This document shows, piece by piece, positions 39,499 through 49,668 of a stretch of DNA of 64,000 nucleotides. The notes beneath the pieces were generated by a model. It searched no databases and was not told where the DNA came from. It was given only the letters and a program-made list of their open reading frames with translations. The position numbers were made by a program, and so were the translations under genes. Source of the stretch: an uncultured Bacteroidota bacterium (GTDB taxonomy: Bacteria; Bacteroidota; Bacteroidia; UKL13-3); contig CAIYNF010000012.1 in NCBI GenBank assembly GCA_903927505.1, positions 8,941 to 72,940 of the forward strand, read 5' to 3'. How positions within the stretch are numbered: the first letter of the stretch is position 1; the number at the start of each line of letters is the position of its first letter.

Positions 39499-39626
39499 AT
39501 GTTATTAATTATACTTTCCGGTAGTTAGCCAAGGCTGTACTCTTACCGACTAAGTTGTTGTTGTTATAAAATTAAAGGGCTGCGAATATACAACAACTCG
39601 CATCCCTTACCAAATTTTTCTTTGTA

Positions 39627-39896
39627 CTACCAGCTAGCTTTGGTAACTCCTGGTATTTTACCCATTAGGGCTAATTCTCTGAATTGGTTACGGCAAATTC
39701 CGAAATCCTTCATATATCCTTTAGGACGACCGGTTAATTTACAACGGTTTTTCAAACGAACCGGAGAAGCATTACGAGGTAATTTTTGTAAACCTGCTGA
39801 ATCTCCAGCTTTCTTCAAAGCCTCACGCTTGGTAGCAAATTGTGCTACTAATCTTTCTCTTTTGCGCTGACGTGCTTTTATTGACTCTTTTGCCAT
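39627..39896 (-). CDS. rpsN: 30S ribosomal protein S14 (long, non-zinc-ribbon form)
   Basis: 89 aa ending ..[17 protein letters not shown]. Confidence 0.96.
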   Translation of the reverse strand: MAKESIKARQRKRERLVAQFATKREALKKAGDSAGLQKLPRNASPVRLKNRCKLTGRPKGYMKDFGICRNQFRELALMGKIPGVTKASW

Positions 39897-39907
39897 CTTC
39901 TAGTTAA

Positions 39908-40456
39908 TTACGATTTTTTGAATGGGAAACCAAATTCTTTCAATAATTCTAAACATTGCTCATCTGTGGTTGCTGAGGTAACAAAAGCGATATCCATACC
40001 ATTGATACGGTTAACTTTTTCCATTACAATTTCAGCAAAGATGATTTGTTCAGTGATACCCATGTTATAGTTACCACGGCCATCAAAACCTTTCAATTTC
40101 AAGCCTTGAAAATCACGAACACGAGGTAATGAGATAGAGATCAAACGATCTAAAAACTCATACATTCTTTCGCCACGTAGGGTTATACGAGTACCAATAG
40201 GCACATTTTTTCTTAGTTTGAAATTTGAGATATCTTTCTTTGAACGTGTTCCAACAGCTTTTTGACCAGCAATCATAGATAATTCCTCTAAGGCTTGATC
40301 AATTAACTTTTTGTCGGCAACAGCTTGTCCGATACCCTGGTTGATGCATATTTTCAGCAACTTAGGAACCATCATGCTGTTTTTGTATCCAAATTTTTCT
40401 TGCATTGCAGGAACAATCTGCTTAGCGTATTTTTCTTTTAATCTAGGCGTATACAT
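39908..40456 (-). CDS. rplE: 50S ribosomal protein L5
   Basis: [24 protein letters not shown].. Confidence 0.97.
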   Translation of the reverse strand: MYTPRLKEKYAKQIVPAMQEKFGYKNSMMVPKLLKICINQGIGQAVADKKLIDQALEELSMIAGQKAVGTRSKKDISNFKLRKNVPIGTRITLRGERMYEFLDRLISISLPRVRDFQGLKLKGFDGRGNYNMGITEQIIFAEIVMEKVNRINGMDIAFVTSATTDEQCLELLKEFGFPFKKS

Positions 40457-40466
40457 ACAATTCTCC

Positions 40467-40808
40467 TTAATCTATAATTTCACCAGATGATTTCTTTGAA
40501 AAGCGAACCAATTTACCTTCTTCATTTTCCTTGCGGCCAATGCGGGTAGCTTTTCCTGATTTATCTACAACCATTAAGTTTGAGATATGAACAGGGGCTT
40601 CTTTTTTAATAATTCCACCATTTTGGTTTTGTGCATTTGGTTTGGTGTGACGACTAACAATGTTAATGCCCTCAACAATAGCTCTAAGGCTATCAGTTTT
40701 TACTTCCACAACACGGCCTTTTTTACCTTTGTCGTTTCCAGTAATAATTTGAACCATGTCACCTTTTTTTACATGGAGTTTGGTCTGGCTGTTAAATTTT
40801 CTTTCCAT
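40467..40808 (-). CDS. rplX: 50S ribosomal protein L24
   Basis: ..[24 protein letters not shown].. (KOW motif). Confidence 0.96.
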   Translation of the reverse strand: MERKFNSQTKLHVKKGDMVQIITGNDKGKKGRVVEVKTDSLRAIVEGINIVSRHTKPNAQNQNGGIIKKEAPVHISNLMVVDKSGKATRIGRKENEEGKLVRFSKKSSGEIID

Positions 40809-40809
40809 T

Positions 40810-41178
40810 TTATAATACCTCTGGTGCTAATGAAACAATTTTCATGAACTGTTTTTCTCTTAACTCACGAGCTACTGGTCCGAAAATACGGGTTGCACGC
40901 GGCTCATCTTGCGCATTTAACAATACACATGAATTATCGTCGAAACGGATATATGATCCATCAGCTCTACGAACTTCTTTTCTGGTTCTAACAACTACAG
41001 CTTTGGATACTGAACCTTTTTTTACGGTACCTGAAGGAATTGCAGATTTTATACTCACTACAATTTTATCTCCAACAGATGCGTAACGTCTGGCAGTTCC
41101 ACCCAAAACACGTATGCAAAGAACTTCTTTTGCACCGCTGTTGTCGGCTACTTTTAATCTACTTTCTTGTTGTATCAT
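40810..41178 (-). CDS. rplN: 50S ribosomal protein L14
   Basis: [27 protein letters not shown].. Confidence 0.97.
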   Translation of the reverse strand: MIQQESRLKVADNSGAKEVLCIRVLGGTARRYASVGDKIVVSIKSAIPSGTVKKGSVSKAVVVRTRKEVRRADGSYIRFDDNSCVLLNAQDEPRATRIFGPVARELREKQFMKIVSLAPEVL

Positions 41179-41180
41179 CG

Positions 41181-41450
41181 TTATTTAGCTTTTTCAATGA
41201 TTTCTACTAATCTCCAACGCTTGTCTTTACTCAAAGGACGCGTTTCCATAACTTTTACGATATCATTCATACCGCATTCACCCTTTTCGTCGTGCGCTTT
41301 AAACTTAGAAGTCATCTTAATGAACTTACCGTATTTAGGGTGCATTACTTTACGTTCAACGGAAACCACGATAGTTTTTTGCATTTTATTGCTTACTACT
41401 TTTCCGATGATGACTTTTCTCGAGTTTCTTTCTTCGATTGTATTTTCCAT
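41181..41450 (-). CDS. rpsQ: 30S ribosomal protein S17
   Basis: [29 protein letters not shown]. The track start at 41456 is TTG; the ATG is at 41450. Confidence 0.95.
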   Translation of the reverse strand: MENTIEERNSRKVIIGKVVSNKMQKTIVVSVERKVMHPKYGKFIKMTSKFKAHDEKGECGMNDIVKVMETRPLSKDKRWRLVEIIEKAK

Positions 41451-41459
41451 ATTCAATGA

Positions 41460-41660
41460 TTATTGAACGCTTGCTAATTGACGCATTCTTTGTTCTGTTA
41501 ACAAACGTGCAATTAACCTCTTGTTTTCTTTAATAATATTTGGGTTTTCTACAGGAGAAACAGCATGATTTAAAACCATTTTGGTTAAACCGGCTCTCTC
41601 TTCTCTGATCCTGGCTGCCAATTCTTTATTGGACAATTCCTTGATTTCGGCGTTCTTCAT
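41460..41660 (-). CDS. rpmC: 50S ribosomal protein L29
   Basis: MKNAEIKELSNKELAARIREER.. Confidence 0.96.
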   Translation of the reverse strand: MKNAEIKELSNKELAARIREERAGLTKMVLNHAVSPVENPNIIKENKRLIARLLTEQRMRQLASVQ

Positions 41661-41662
41661 AA

Positions 41663-42082
41663 TTATTCGCTATATTCAGGTTTAACAACAAATTTGGTAA
41701 TAACTGGCAATTTTTGGGATGCCAAGCGCATTGCTTCTTGCGCAACGGCCATAGGAACGCCATCTGCTTCAAAAATAATGGTTCCTGGACGGCATCTAGC
41801 TACCCAAAATTCAGGTGCTCCTTTACCTTTACCCATACGTACCTCTGCAGGTTTACGTGTCATTGGTTTGTCTGGAAAAACACGAATCCATACTTGGCCT
41901 TCACGTTTCATGAAACGGTTTAGCGCCACACGAGCAGCTTCAAGCTGTTTTGATGTGAGGAAACACGTATCAAGTGCTTTCAATCCGAATGATCCGAAAG
42001 AGACGGTAAATCCACGTGTGGCATTACCTCTAACTCTTCCTTTCTGTTGTTTCCTATATTTAGTCTTTTTTGGCTGTAACAT
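41663..42082 (-). CDS. rplP: 50S ribosomal protein L16
   Basis: [16 protein letters not shown].. Confidence 0.97.
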   Translation of the reverse strand: MLQPKKTKYRKQQKGRVRGNATRGFTVSFGSFGLKALDTCFLTSKQLEAARVALNRFMKREGQVWIRVFPDKPMTRKPAEVRMGKGKGAPEFWVARCRPGTIIFEADGVPMAVAQEAMRLASQKLPVITKFVVKPEYSE

Positions 42083-42117
42083 TTCTACAGTTTATTTAGC
42101 TTTCGAACAATTAATGA

Positions 42118-42927
42118 TTATCTTCTTCTTTCTCCACCGCGGTTTCCACCTTCTCTTCTCTCTCCGCCTCTTCCGCCATCTCTTCTATCTCCACCACGGC
42201 CACCTTCTCTTCTATTATCTCCACCTCTTCTGTCTGGACGACCTGAAGGGCCAGATTTTTCGTTAGGGTTATTGAATCCTAAGTTTGGTGAAAGGTCGCG
42301 TTTTCCAAAAACTTCGCCTTTACAAATCCATACCTTAACTCCAATTTTACCGTAAACTGTTAATGCTTCAGCAATTGCATAATCAATATCAGCGCGCAAT
42401 GTATGCAATGGTGTACGTCCTTCTTTAAAAGATTCTGAACGTGCCATTTCTGCACCACTTAAACGACCTGATACCATTACTTTAATTCCTTCGGCACCCA
42501 TTCTCATGGTTGAAGCGATGGCCATTTTTACAGCACGTTTGTAAGAAACACGTGCTACTATTTGATTTGCGATTGACTCGCCTACCAATACGGCATCTAA
42601 TTCAGGACGCTTAATTTCAAAGATATTGATAGCAACATCTTTTTTAGTAAGCTTCTTAACTTCTTCTTTGATCTTATCAACTTCAGAACCCGCCTTACCA
42701 ATTACGATACCAGGACGTGAAGTGTGAATGGTAATGATTACACGTTTGATAGTACGCTCGATAATAATCTTTGCAATACCACCTTTTGTAATACGAGCAT
42801 TTAAATATTTTCTGATCTTCTCATCTTCGATAAGTTTCTCAGCAAAGTTTTTGCCTCCATACCAGTTAGACTCCCAGCCTCTGATAATTCCTAAACGTAA
42901 ACCTATTGGGTTAACCTTTTGTCCCAT
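42118..42927 (-). CDS. rpsC: 30S ribosomal protein S3 with an Arg/Gly-rich C-terminal tail of about 50 aa
   Basis: [20 protein letters not shown].. with a KH domain. The tail is ..[40 protein letters not shown]. Confidence 0.96.
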   Translation of the reverse strand: MGQKVNPIGLRLGIIRGWESNWYGGKNFAEKLIEDEKIRKYLNARITKGGIAKIIIERTIKRVIITIHTSRPGIVIGKAGSEVDKIKEEVKKLTKKDVAINIFEIKRPELDAVLVGESIANQIVARVSYKRAVKMAIASTMRMGAEGIKVMVSGRLSGAEMARSESFKEGRTPLHTLRADIDYAIAEALTVYGKIGVKVWICKGEVFGKRDLSPNLGFNNPNEKSGPSGRPDRRGGDNRREGGRGGDRRDGGRGGERREGGNRGGERRR

Positions 42928-42937
42928 TCTGATTATA

Positions 42938-43327
42938 TTATGCGTTTTCTATTGTTTTTTTACTAACGGCTTTGGTTGTTGCTGCTTTCGTATCAACAAT
43001 CAAAGTCACATGATTTGAGCGCTTGCGAATACGGTGAGCTCTACCTTGAGGAGCAGGCCTAATCCGTTTTACCATAGCACCGCCATCTACGAAAATGGTT
43101 TTAATAACCAATTCGCTGTCTTCTACTTTACTACCTTCATTCTTTTGTTCCCAGTTGGCAATGGCAGAACGAAGAAGTTTCTCCAAACGGAGTGAGTTCT
43201 CTTTTTTTGCATTGAATACCAAAATATTGAATGCATCTTCCACACGCTTTCCGCGGATCAAATCGGCCAATAACCTCATTTTACGTGGAGAGGTAGGGCA
43301 ATTATTTAATTTAGCTACTGCTTCCAT
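42938..43327 (-). CDS. rplV: 50S ribosomal protein L22
   Basis: [27 protein letters not shown].. Confidence 0.97.
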   Translation of the reverse strand: MEAVAKLNNCPTSPRKMRLLADLIRGKRVEDAFNILVFNAKKENSLRLEKLLRSAIANWEQKNEGSKVEDSELVIKTIFVDGGAMVKRIRPAPQGRAHRIRKRSNHVTLIVDTKAATTKAVSKKTIENA

Positions 43328-43332
43328 TCTTA

Positions 43333-43599
43333 TTAATCTTTCTTAGTAGGATGCGACTTAAATGTACGGGTTGGAGCGAACTCGCCCAACTTATGGCCTA
43401 CCATATTTTCTGTTACATACACAGGGATGAATTTACTTCCGTTGTGCACTGCAAAAGTATGACCAACAAAATCAGGAGTAATCATAGACCTGCGACTCCA
43501 GGTTTTGATAACTGATTTCTTTTTGCTATCGTTCATAGCGAAAACTTTTTTCTCAAGTTTTACTTCTACAAACGGACCTTTTTTTAATGAACGCGCCAT
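43333..43599 (-). CDS. rpsS: 30S ribosomal protein S19
   Basis: [20 protein letters not shown]. Confidence 0.97.
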   Translation of the reverse strand: MARSLKKGPFVEVKLEKKVFAMNDSKKKSVIKTWSRRSMITPDFVGHTFAVHNGSKFIPVYVTENMVGHKLGEFAPTRTFKSHPTKKD

Positions 43600-43605
43600 A
43601 TCTCG

Positions 43606-44436
43606 TTATTTCTTCTTACGACTTTCAATGATAAATGAATTCGAATATTTTTTCGGTGTACGGGTCTTGTAACCTTTAGATTTTAAGCCCTTACGTGAAC
43701 GTGGGTGACCTCCAGAAGCTCTACCTTCACCACCACCCATTGGGTGATCCACAGGATTCATTGCTACTGGTCTAGTACGTGGTCTTCTACCGATCCAACG
43801 GTTAGCACCCGCTTTACCTTTACGCTCATTCATGTGATCTTGGTTAGAAACCTGACCAACAGTAGCGTAACAAGCACACAATATTTGACGGGTTTCGCCA
43901 GATACCATTTTCACGGTTGCATATTTACCATCTCTATTCAATAATTGAGCTGCAGCACCGGCTGATCTGGCCATTTGACCACCTTTACCAGGATGAATTT
44001 CAATATTGTGAATGGTAGTTCCCAAAGGAATTTCACTTAAAGGCAATGCATTACCAATTTCAGGAGCGATACCAGTTCCGCTAACAACGGTTTGACCAGC
44101 ATCTAAGCCTTTAGGGGCAATGATGTAACGCTTTTCACCGTCGGTATAAGCCAACAAAGCGATAAAGCAAGAACGATTTGGATCGTATTGGATTGAATCT
44201 ACAGTAGCTTCAACACCAAATTTGTTACGTTTAAAATCGATAACACGGTATAATTTGCGGCTTCCACCACCAATATAACGCATTGTCATTTTACCCGAAT
44301 TATTACGACCACCTGAGTTTTTCAAACTCACGATAAGTGACTTTTCAACCTTATAGTCAGGCGTCAATTCCTCGTAGGTATTTTGAGCTCTAAAGCGAGT
44401 ACCCGGTGTAACTGGTTTAAATTTCCTGATTCCCAT
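43606..44436 (-). CDS. rplB: 50S ribosomal protein L2
   Basis: [27 protein letters not shown]. Confidence 0.97.
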   Translation of the reverse strand: MGIRKFKPVTPGTRFRAQNTYEELTPDYKVEKSLIVSLKNSGGRNNSGKMTMRYIGGGSRKLYRVIDFKRNKFGVEATVDSIQYDPNRSCFIALLAYTDGEKRYIIAPKGLDAGQTVVSGTGIAPEIGNALPLSEIPLGTTIHNIEIHPGKGGQMARSAGAAAQLLNRDGKYATVKMVSGETRQILCACYATVGQVSNQDHMNERKGKAGANRWIGRRPRTRPVAMNPVDHPMGGGEGRASGGHPRSRKGLKSKGYKTRTPKKYSNSFIIESRKKK

Positions 44437-44444
44437 CGTTCTTA

Positions 44445-44735
44445 TTAGATATTTTGGAAGAAGTCAATTTTCTGACCTTCTTGTAATGTAATAACTGCCT
44501 TTTTAAAAGATGGCTTACGTCCTGAGAAGTGCCCTCTTTTGGTAAATCTGGCTTTTGATTTACCTGCGTATATCATGGTATTGATGTTAATCACATTCAC
44601 GCTATACAATTCTTCAACAGCTTTTTTAATTTCTGTTTTGGTGGCAGTTTTTGCCACTATGAAACTTACCTTGTTCAACTTTTCGCTGATGGCTGTAAAT
44701 TTCTCGGTTACTAAAGGCTTTTGTAAAATAATCAT
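44445..44735 (-). CDS. rplW: 50S ribosomal protein L23
   Basis: ..[24 protein letters not shown].. Confidence 0.96.
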   Translation of the reverse strand: MIILQKPLVTEKFTAISEKLNKVSFIVAKTATKTEIKKAVEELYSVNVININTMIYAGKSKARFTKRGHFSGRKPSFKKAVITLQEGQKIDFFQNI

Positions 44736-44736
44736 T

Positions 44737-45369
44737 CTATGCCTTAATTAAAATGTTCTCAATAACTTCAACTGAATTCTCAACAAAAATTACTTTGTCG
44801 GCGTGAAGAATATCATAAGTGTTCAAATCCTTTGCAGCCATAACTTTGGCTTTTGGAAGGTTTCTACCCGACTTATAAATATTCTCGTTGTAATCTGCTA
44901 AAACTAACAATGTTTTGTTGTTTAACAAATTCAAGCCATTCAAAATATTTATGTAGTTTTTGGTTTTAGGATCATCCATTGTAAATACTTCAAGTACTTG
45001 AATGTTGTTTTCCTTAGCCTTGTAAGCCAAAGCACTCTTACGAGCCAATTGCTTCAATTTTTTGTTCAATTTGAAACTGTAATCACGTGGGCGTGGTCCG
45101 TGAATACGGGCACCTCCAACAAATGTACCAGTTTTGATAGAACCTTTACGGGATCCACCAGTACCTTTTTGTCTGTGTAATTTCTTAGTTGAACCACTCA
45201 CTTGACTTTTTTCTTTAGCTGAGTGCGTTCCTTGGCGTTGGTTAGCCAAGTATTGCTTCACGTCTAAATAGATAGCGTGGTCATTTGGATCGATACCAAA
45301 AATGTTATCATTTAAGGTAACCTTTCTTCCTGTGGCTGATCCGCTGGTATTTAATACTGCTAATTCCAT
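44737..45369 (-). CDS. rplD: 50S ribosomal protein L4
   Basis: ..RQGTHSAKEKSQVSGSTKKLHRQKGTGGSR.. Confidence 0.97.
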   Translation of the reverse strand: MELAVLNTSGSATGRKVTLNDNIFGIDPNDHAIYLDVKQYLANQRQGTHSAKEKSQVSGSTKKLHRQKGTGGSRKGSIKTGTFVGGARIHGPRPRDYSFKLNKKLKQLARKSALAYKAKENNIQVLEVFTMDDPKTKNYINILNGLNLLNNKTLLVLADYNENIYKSGRNLPKAKVMAAKDLNTYDILHADKVIFVENSVEVIENILIKA

Positions 45370-45370
45370 G

Positions 45371-45988
45371 TTACTTCTCTATCAATACAATTGAACCCTT
45401 ATGGCCAGGAACTGATCCTTTAACAACCAATAAGTTTTGATCTTTGTGAACTTTTAATATTTCAAGATTTGTTTTCTTGATACGAGTACCACCAGTTCTA
45501 CCGGCCATACGCATACCTTTGAATACCCTTGAAGGATCTGATGATGCACCAATTGAACCCGGGGCACGTAAACGATTGTGCTGACCGTGTGTTTGCATTC
45601 CAACCCCTTGGAAATTGTGACGTTTCACAACACCTTGGAATCCTTTTCCTTTGCTGGTACCAACAACATCTACAAACTCTCCAACTTCAAATAAGTCTAC
45701 ATTCAAAACTTGACCAACAGTTAATGTTTGCTCAAAGTTTTTAAACTCAACCATTTTCGATTTCGGGCTTGTATTTGCCTTCTTGAAAATACCGTTTAGC
45801 GCAGCGGGAGTGTTTTTTTCTTTCGCATCTCCATACGCCAATTGAACAGCTGCGTAACCATCAGTATCTGATGTTTTCACTTGTGTAACAACACAAGGGC
45901 CCACTTCGATTACGGTGCAAGGAATTTGCTTACCGGTTGAATCGAAGACGCTGGTCATTCCTAATTTTTTTCCTATTAAACCTGACAT
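45371..45988 (-). CDS. rplC: 50S ribosomal protein L3
   Basis: [16 protein letters not shown].. Confidence 0.97.
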   Translation of the reverse strand: MSGLIGKKLGMTSVFDSTGKQIPCTVIEVGPCVVTQVKTSDTDGYAAVQLAYGDAKEKNTPAALNGIFKKANTSPKSKMVEFKNFEQTLTVGQVLNVDLFEVGEFVDVVGTSKGKGFQGVVKRHNFQGVGMQTHGQHNRLRAPGSIGASSDPSRVFKGMRMAGRTGGTRIKKTNLEILKVHKDQNLLVVKGSVPGHKGSIVLIEK

Positions 45989-45997
45989 AGTATTTTA

Positions 45998-46306
45998 TCA
46001 AACTTTAATTTCTACATCCACTCCGCTAGGCAATTCAAGCTTCATCAAAGCATCGACAGTTTTTGCGGTTGAACTGTATATATCTAACAATCTTTTGTAC
46101 GAGCACAATTGAAACTGCTCCCTAGCTTTTTTGTTTACGTGCGGCGAACGTAGAACTGTGTAAATCTTCTTGTGAGTTGGCAATGGAATTGGACCGCTTA
46201 CTACGGCTCCAGTTGCCTTAACAGTTCTTACAATCTTCTCAGCTGACTTGTCAACTAAGTTGTGATCGAACGATTTTAATTTAATCCTTATTCTTTGGCT
46301 AACCAT
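45998..46306 (-). CDS. rpsJ: 30S ribosomal protein S10
   Basis: ..[23 protein letters not shown].. Confidence 0.97.
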   Translation of the reverse strand: MVSQRIRIKLKSFDHNLVDKSAEKIVRTVKATGAVVSGPIPLPTHKKIYTVLRSPHVNKKAREQFQLCSYKRLLDIYSSTAKTVDALMKLELPSGVDVEIKV

Positions 46307-46314
46307 GATATTTT

Positions 46315-48417
46315 TTAAGCTTTTGCCTTTCCGTTAACTTTTGCTAAAACTTCATCCTGAACATTTCTAGGTGCTTCTGCATAATGGCTGAATTCCATTG
46401 AGCTAGTTGCACGACCAGAAGAAAGCGTTCTCAATTGGGTTACGTATCCAAACATTTCTGCCAATGGAACTTTACCTTTAACAACTGATGCACCTGCTCT
46501 GGTATCCATACCTTCTAGTTGTCCTCTTCTCTTGTTTAAGTCACCAATTACATCTCCCATGTTAATCTCTGGTGTAATCACCTCAATTTTCATGATTGGC
46601 TCCAACAAAATAGGACTTGCTTTTCTAGATGCTTCTTTGAAAGCCATCTTTGCTGCGATTTCAAATGACAATGCATCCGAGTCAACTGCGTGGAATGAAC
46701 CATCAAACAAACGAACTTTTAAACTTTCAACTGCATAACCGGCTAAAACACCGTTTTGCATAGCCAATTTAAATCCTTTTTCAATTGAAGGGATAAATTC
46801 TTTAGGAATTGAACCACCTACAATCTCATTTATAAACTCTAAACCTGGCTTCTCTGCTGATCCTGGAATCAACTCAAATTGAATATCTGCAAACTTACCA
46901 CGACCACCAGATTGTTTCTTGTATACCTCGCGGTGAGAAACTGGTTTTGTGATTGTTTCTTTATAAGATACTTGTGGTGCACCCTGATTGATTTCTACTT
47001 TAAACTCACGTTTCAAGCGGTCTACAATAATTTCTAAGTGCAACTCACCCATACCAGAGATAACGGTTTGACCACTATCTTCATCTGTATGAACTTTGAA
47101 AGTTGGATCTTCTTCAGCTAACTTAGCTAAAGCCATACCTAACTTATCTGAATCTGCTTGGGTTTTTGGTTCAACCGCTAATCCAATAACTGGATCAGGG
47201 AAATCCATTGCCTCCAAAACAATAGGAAATTTTTCAGCACACAAAGTATCACCTGTTTTGATATCTTTAAAACCAACTGCTGCTCCAATATCACCCGCTT
47301 CAAGCGCTTCAATTGGATTTTGTTTGTTGGCGTGCATTTGGAAGATACGTGAGATACGTTCTTTATTTCCGCTACGTGTATTTAATACGTATGAACCAGC
47401 ATCCAATTTACCAGAGTAGGCACGCATAAAAGCTAAACGACCAACGAAAGGATCGGTTGCGATTTTGAACGCCAATGCTGTAAAAGGCTCATCAACACTT
47501 GGTTGGCGAGTAATTTCAGCACCAGTATCAGGATGTGTACCAATTACACCTTTTTTATCAATTGGGCTAGGAAGTAACTCCATAACCAAATCTAACATTG
47601 TTTGTACACCTTTGTTTTTGAATGAAGAACCGCACAACATAGGAACGATTTTCATATCAATAACTGCCTTACGCAAAGCATCTAAGATTTCTCTTTCAGA
47701 TATTGATGATGGATCTTCGAAAAACTTCTCCATCAATTTATCATCATATTCAGATACTGCTTCAAGCAATTTTTCTCTCCACTCGGTAGCTTCTTCAATC
47801 ATATCCGCAGGGATATCGATTGTTTCATAAGTCATACCTTTATCATTTTCATTCCAGATCATTCCGCGGAAGTTGATTAAATCAACTACTCCTTTGAAAC
47901 CATCTTCAGCACCGATAGGCAATTGCAATGGAACTGCGTGGCTGCCTAACATTTCTCTCACTTGTTTTACAACGTTTAAGAAATCGGCACCAGAACGGTC
48001 CATTTTATTTACGAAACCTAAACGAGCAACATTATAATTGTTGGCAAGTCTCCAGTTAGTTTCAGATTGTGGCTCAACACCATCAACAGCAGAGAACAAG
48101 AAAACAAGACCATCCAAAACGCGCAATGAACGATTTACTTCTACAGTAAAATCTACGTGTCCAGGAGTATCAATAATATTCATGTGATAGCTCTGGTTGC
48201 GGTATTTCCATTCAACTGTTGTAGCAGCAGAGGTAATTGTGATACCACGTTCTGCTTCTTGAACCATCCAGTCCATTGTAGAAGCACCATCATGCACTTC
48301 ACCAATTTTGTGGTTCACTCCAGCATAGTAAAGAATACGCTCGGTAGTTGTAGTCTTACCCGCATCAATGTGGGCAGCAATACCGATATTTCTTGTATAT
48401 TTAAGGTCGCGAGACAT
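46315..48417 (-). CDS. fusA: elongation factor G
   Basis: 700 aa with [30 protein letters not shown] and NKMD. Confidence 0.98.
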   Translation of the reverse strand: MSRDLKYTRNIGIAAHIDAGKTTTTERILYYAGVNHKIGEVHDGASTMDWMVQEAERGITITSAATTVEWKYRNQSYHMNIIDTPGHVDFTVEVNRSLRVLDGLVFLFSAVDGVEPQSETNWRLANNYNVARLGFVNKMDRSGADFLNVVKQVREMLGSHAVPLQLPIGAEDGFKGVVDLINFRGMIWNENDKGMTYETIDIPADMIEEATEWREKLLEAVSEYDDKLMEKFFEDPSSISEREILDALRKAVIDMKIVPMLCGSSFKNKGVQTMLDLVMELLPSPIDKKGVIGTHPDTGAEITRQPSVDEPFTALAFKIATDPFVGRLAFMRAYSGKLDAGSYVLNTRSGNKERISRIFQMHANKQNPIEALEAGDIGAAVGFKDIKTGDTLCAEKFPIVLEAMDFPDPVIGLAVEPKTQADSDKLGMALAKLAEEDPTFKVHTDEDSGQTVISGMGELHLEIIVDRLKREFKVEINQGAPQVSYKETITKPVSHREVYKKQSGGRGKFADIQFELIPGSAEKPGLEFINEIVGGSIPKEFIPSIEKGFKLAMQNGVLAGYAVESLKVRLFDGSFHAVDSDALSFEIAAKMAFKEASRKASPILLEPIMKIEVITPEINMGDVIGDLNKRRGQLEGMDTRAGASVVKGKVPLAEMFGYVTQLRTLSSGRATSSMEFSHYAEAPRNVQDEVLAKVNGKAKA

Positions 48418-48441
48418 TTATTGATTCCTCTTTGTTATTAA

Positions 48442-48912
48442 TTAGCTAATTTTAAAATGCGAGAATGCTTTATTTGCGTCAGCCATTTTGTGGGTGTCTT
48501 CACGTTTTTTAACGGATGAACCTTCATTTTTGGATGCTGCTAATATTTCATTAGCCAATTTATCTGCCATTGTTTTTTCGCCACGGTTGCGTGAATACTT
48601 GATCAACCATTTCATTCCTACTGCCACCTTACGGTCTGCAGGAACTTCCATTGGAATTTGGAAAGTAGCACCACCCACACGGCGTGATTTTACTTCAACT
48701 GAAGGCATTACATTGTTTAAAGCCTTTTTCCAAACATCCAAACCATTCTCTTGTGCTTTGGCTTCTACTTTATCTAATGCTGCGTAGAAAACACCATAAG
48801 CGGTTGCTTTCTTACCTGCTAACATCATGTTATTTACAAAGCGGGTTACCAGAACGTCATTGAACTTCGGGTCAGGTAACAAAATATGCTTTTTAGCTCT
48901 TGCTTTTCTCAT
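48442..48912 (-). CDS. rpsG: 30S ribosomal protein S7
   Basis: MRKARAKKHILLPDPKFND.. Confidence 0.97.
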   Translation of the reverse strand: MRKARAKKHILLPDPKFNDVLVTRFVNNMMLAGKKATAYGVFYAALDKVEAKAQENGLDVWKKALNNVMPSVEVKSRRVGGATFQIPMEVPADRKVAVGMKWLIKYSRNRGEKTMADKLANEILAASKNEGSSVKKREDTHKMADANKAFSHFKIS

Positions 48913-48937
48913 CTGATTAATTGATTACGCTTGGTAA

Positions 48938-49348
48938 TTATTTCTTTTTAGCTTTAGGATCTACAGCTACTTGACCTGGTTTAGGTTTCTTAGTTCCGTA
49001 TTTCGAACGTCTTTGGTTACGGCCAGCTACACCAGCAGTATCTAAAGCACCACGAACAATATGGTAACGAACACCAGGTAAATCTTTTACCCTACCACCT
49101 CTTACCAATACGATAGAGTGTTCTTGTAGGTTATGTCCTTCTCCAGGAATGTATGCGTTGATCTCATTTCCGTTGGTTAAACGAACACGAGCTACTTTAC
49201 GCATTGCCGAGTTAGGCTTCTTGGGAGTTGTAGTGTACACACGGGTACATACACCTCTACGTTGAGGACAAGAATCAAGTGCAGGTGATTTGCTCTTGAA
49301 TGATACATCGTTGCGGCCCTTACGAACCAGTTGTTGAATAGTAGGCAT
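48938..49348 (-). CDS. rpsL: 30S ribosomal protein S12 (with short Lys-rich C-terminal extension)
   Basis: [31 protein letters not shown]. Confidence 0.97.
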   Translation of the reverse strand: MPTIQQLVRKGRNDVSFKSKSPALDSCPQRRGVCTRVYTTTPKKPNSAMRKVARVRLTNGNEINAYIPGEGHNLQEHSIVLVRGGRVKDLPGVRYHIVRGALDTAGVAGRNQRRSKYGTKKPKPGQVAVDPKAKKK

Positions 49349-49522
49349 ATCTTACTGTTAAATACGCAATAATTGTCTAAAAATTGGGACGGCAAAGGTA
49401 GGTGATTGAAGTTAGCTATGCAAGAGCGCACACAAAAAATATTAAAAATATTGTTTGCTGAGCGGGTTACTTGCTAACTAGAACCATCAGTCTTTTCCGT
49501 AAAAGCCCCGTTTAAGGGGTCG

Positions 49523-49530
49523 CAAACGTA
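49523..49530 (-). promoter_or_regulatory. candidate -7 box TAcgTTTG (minus strand) for the rpsL superoperon
   Basis: Plus-strand CAAACGTA lies 175 nt upstream of the rpsL ATG. A TTG lies about 20 nt further upstream on the minus strand. A small hairpin GCCCCGTTTAAGGGGT (49505-49520) would sit at the 5' end of the leader. Confidence 0.3.
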
Positions 49531-49618
49531 GGGCTTATTTCATTATTAAACAAGCATTTGTTGAAAAATATATTGAAATAATGTTTCTGGACGAGCAAAA
49601 ATAGGCTGAAAAATAGGC

Positions 49619-49655
49619 AAAAAAAAGCCCCCAAGGCCTTCCTTGGGGGCTTTTT
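49619..49655 (-). terminator. rho-independent terminator of the 1974-aa gene
   Basis: 10-bp GC-rich stem GCCCCCAAGG / CCTTGGGGGC with loop CCTT, followed on the minus strand by a U8 run (plus-strand A8 at 49619-49626). Confidence 0.88.
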
Positions 49656-49668
49656 AAAGAAGGGAAAA

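Noticed and set aside
41694-42266. 190-aa plus-strand ORF, together with many 60-120-aa ORFs antisense or out of frame to ribosomal protein genes, fusA, secY, the TBDR and others
   Set aside because: Every one overlaps a highly conserved gene on the other strand or in another frame. None has recognisable domains, and they are typical spurious ORFs.
49192-49431. 79-aa minus-strand ORF overlapping the 5' part of rpsL in another frame
   Set aside because: It overlaps a universally conserved gene and has no homology signal. It is most likely spurious.
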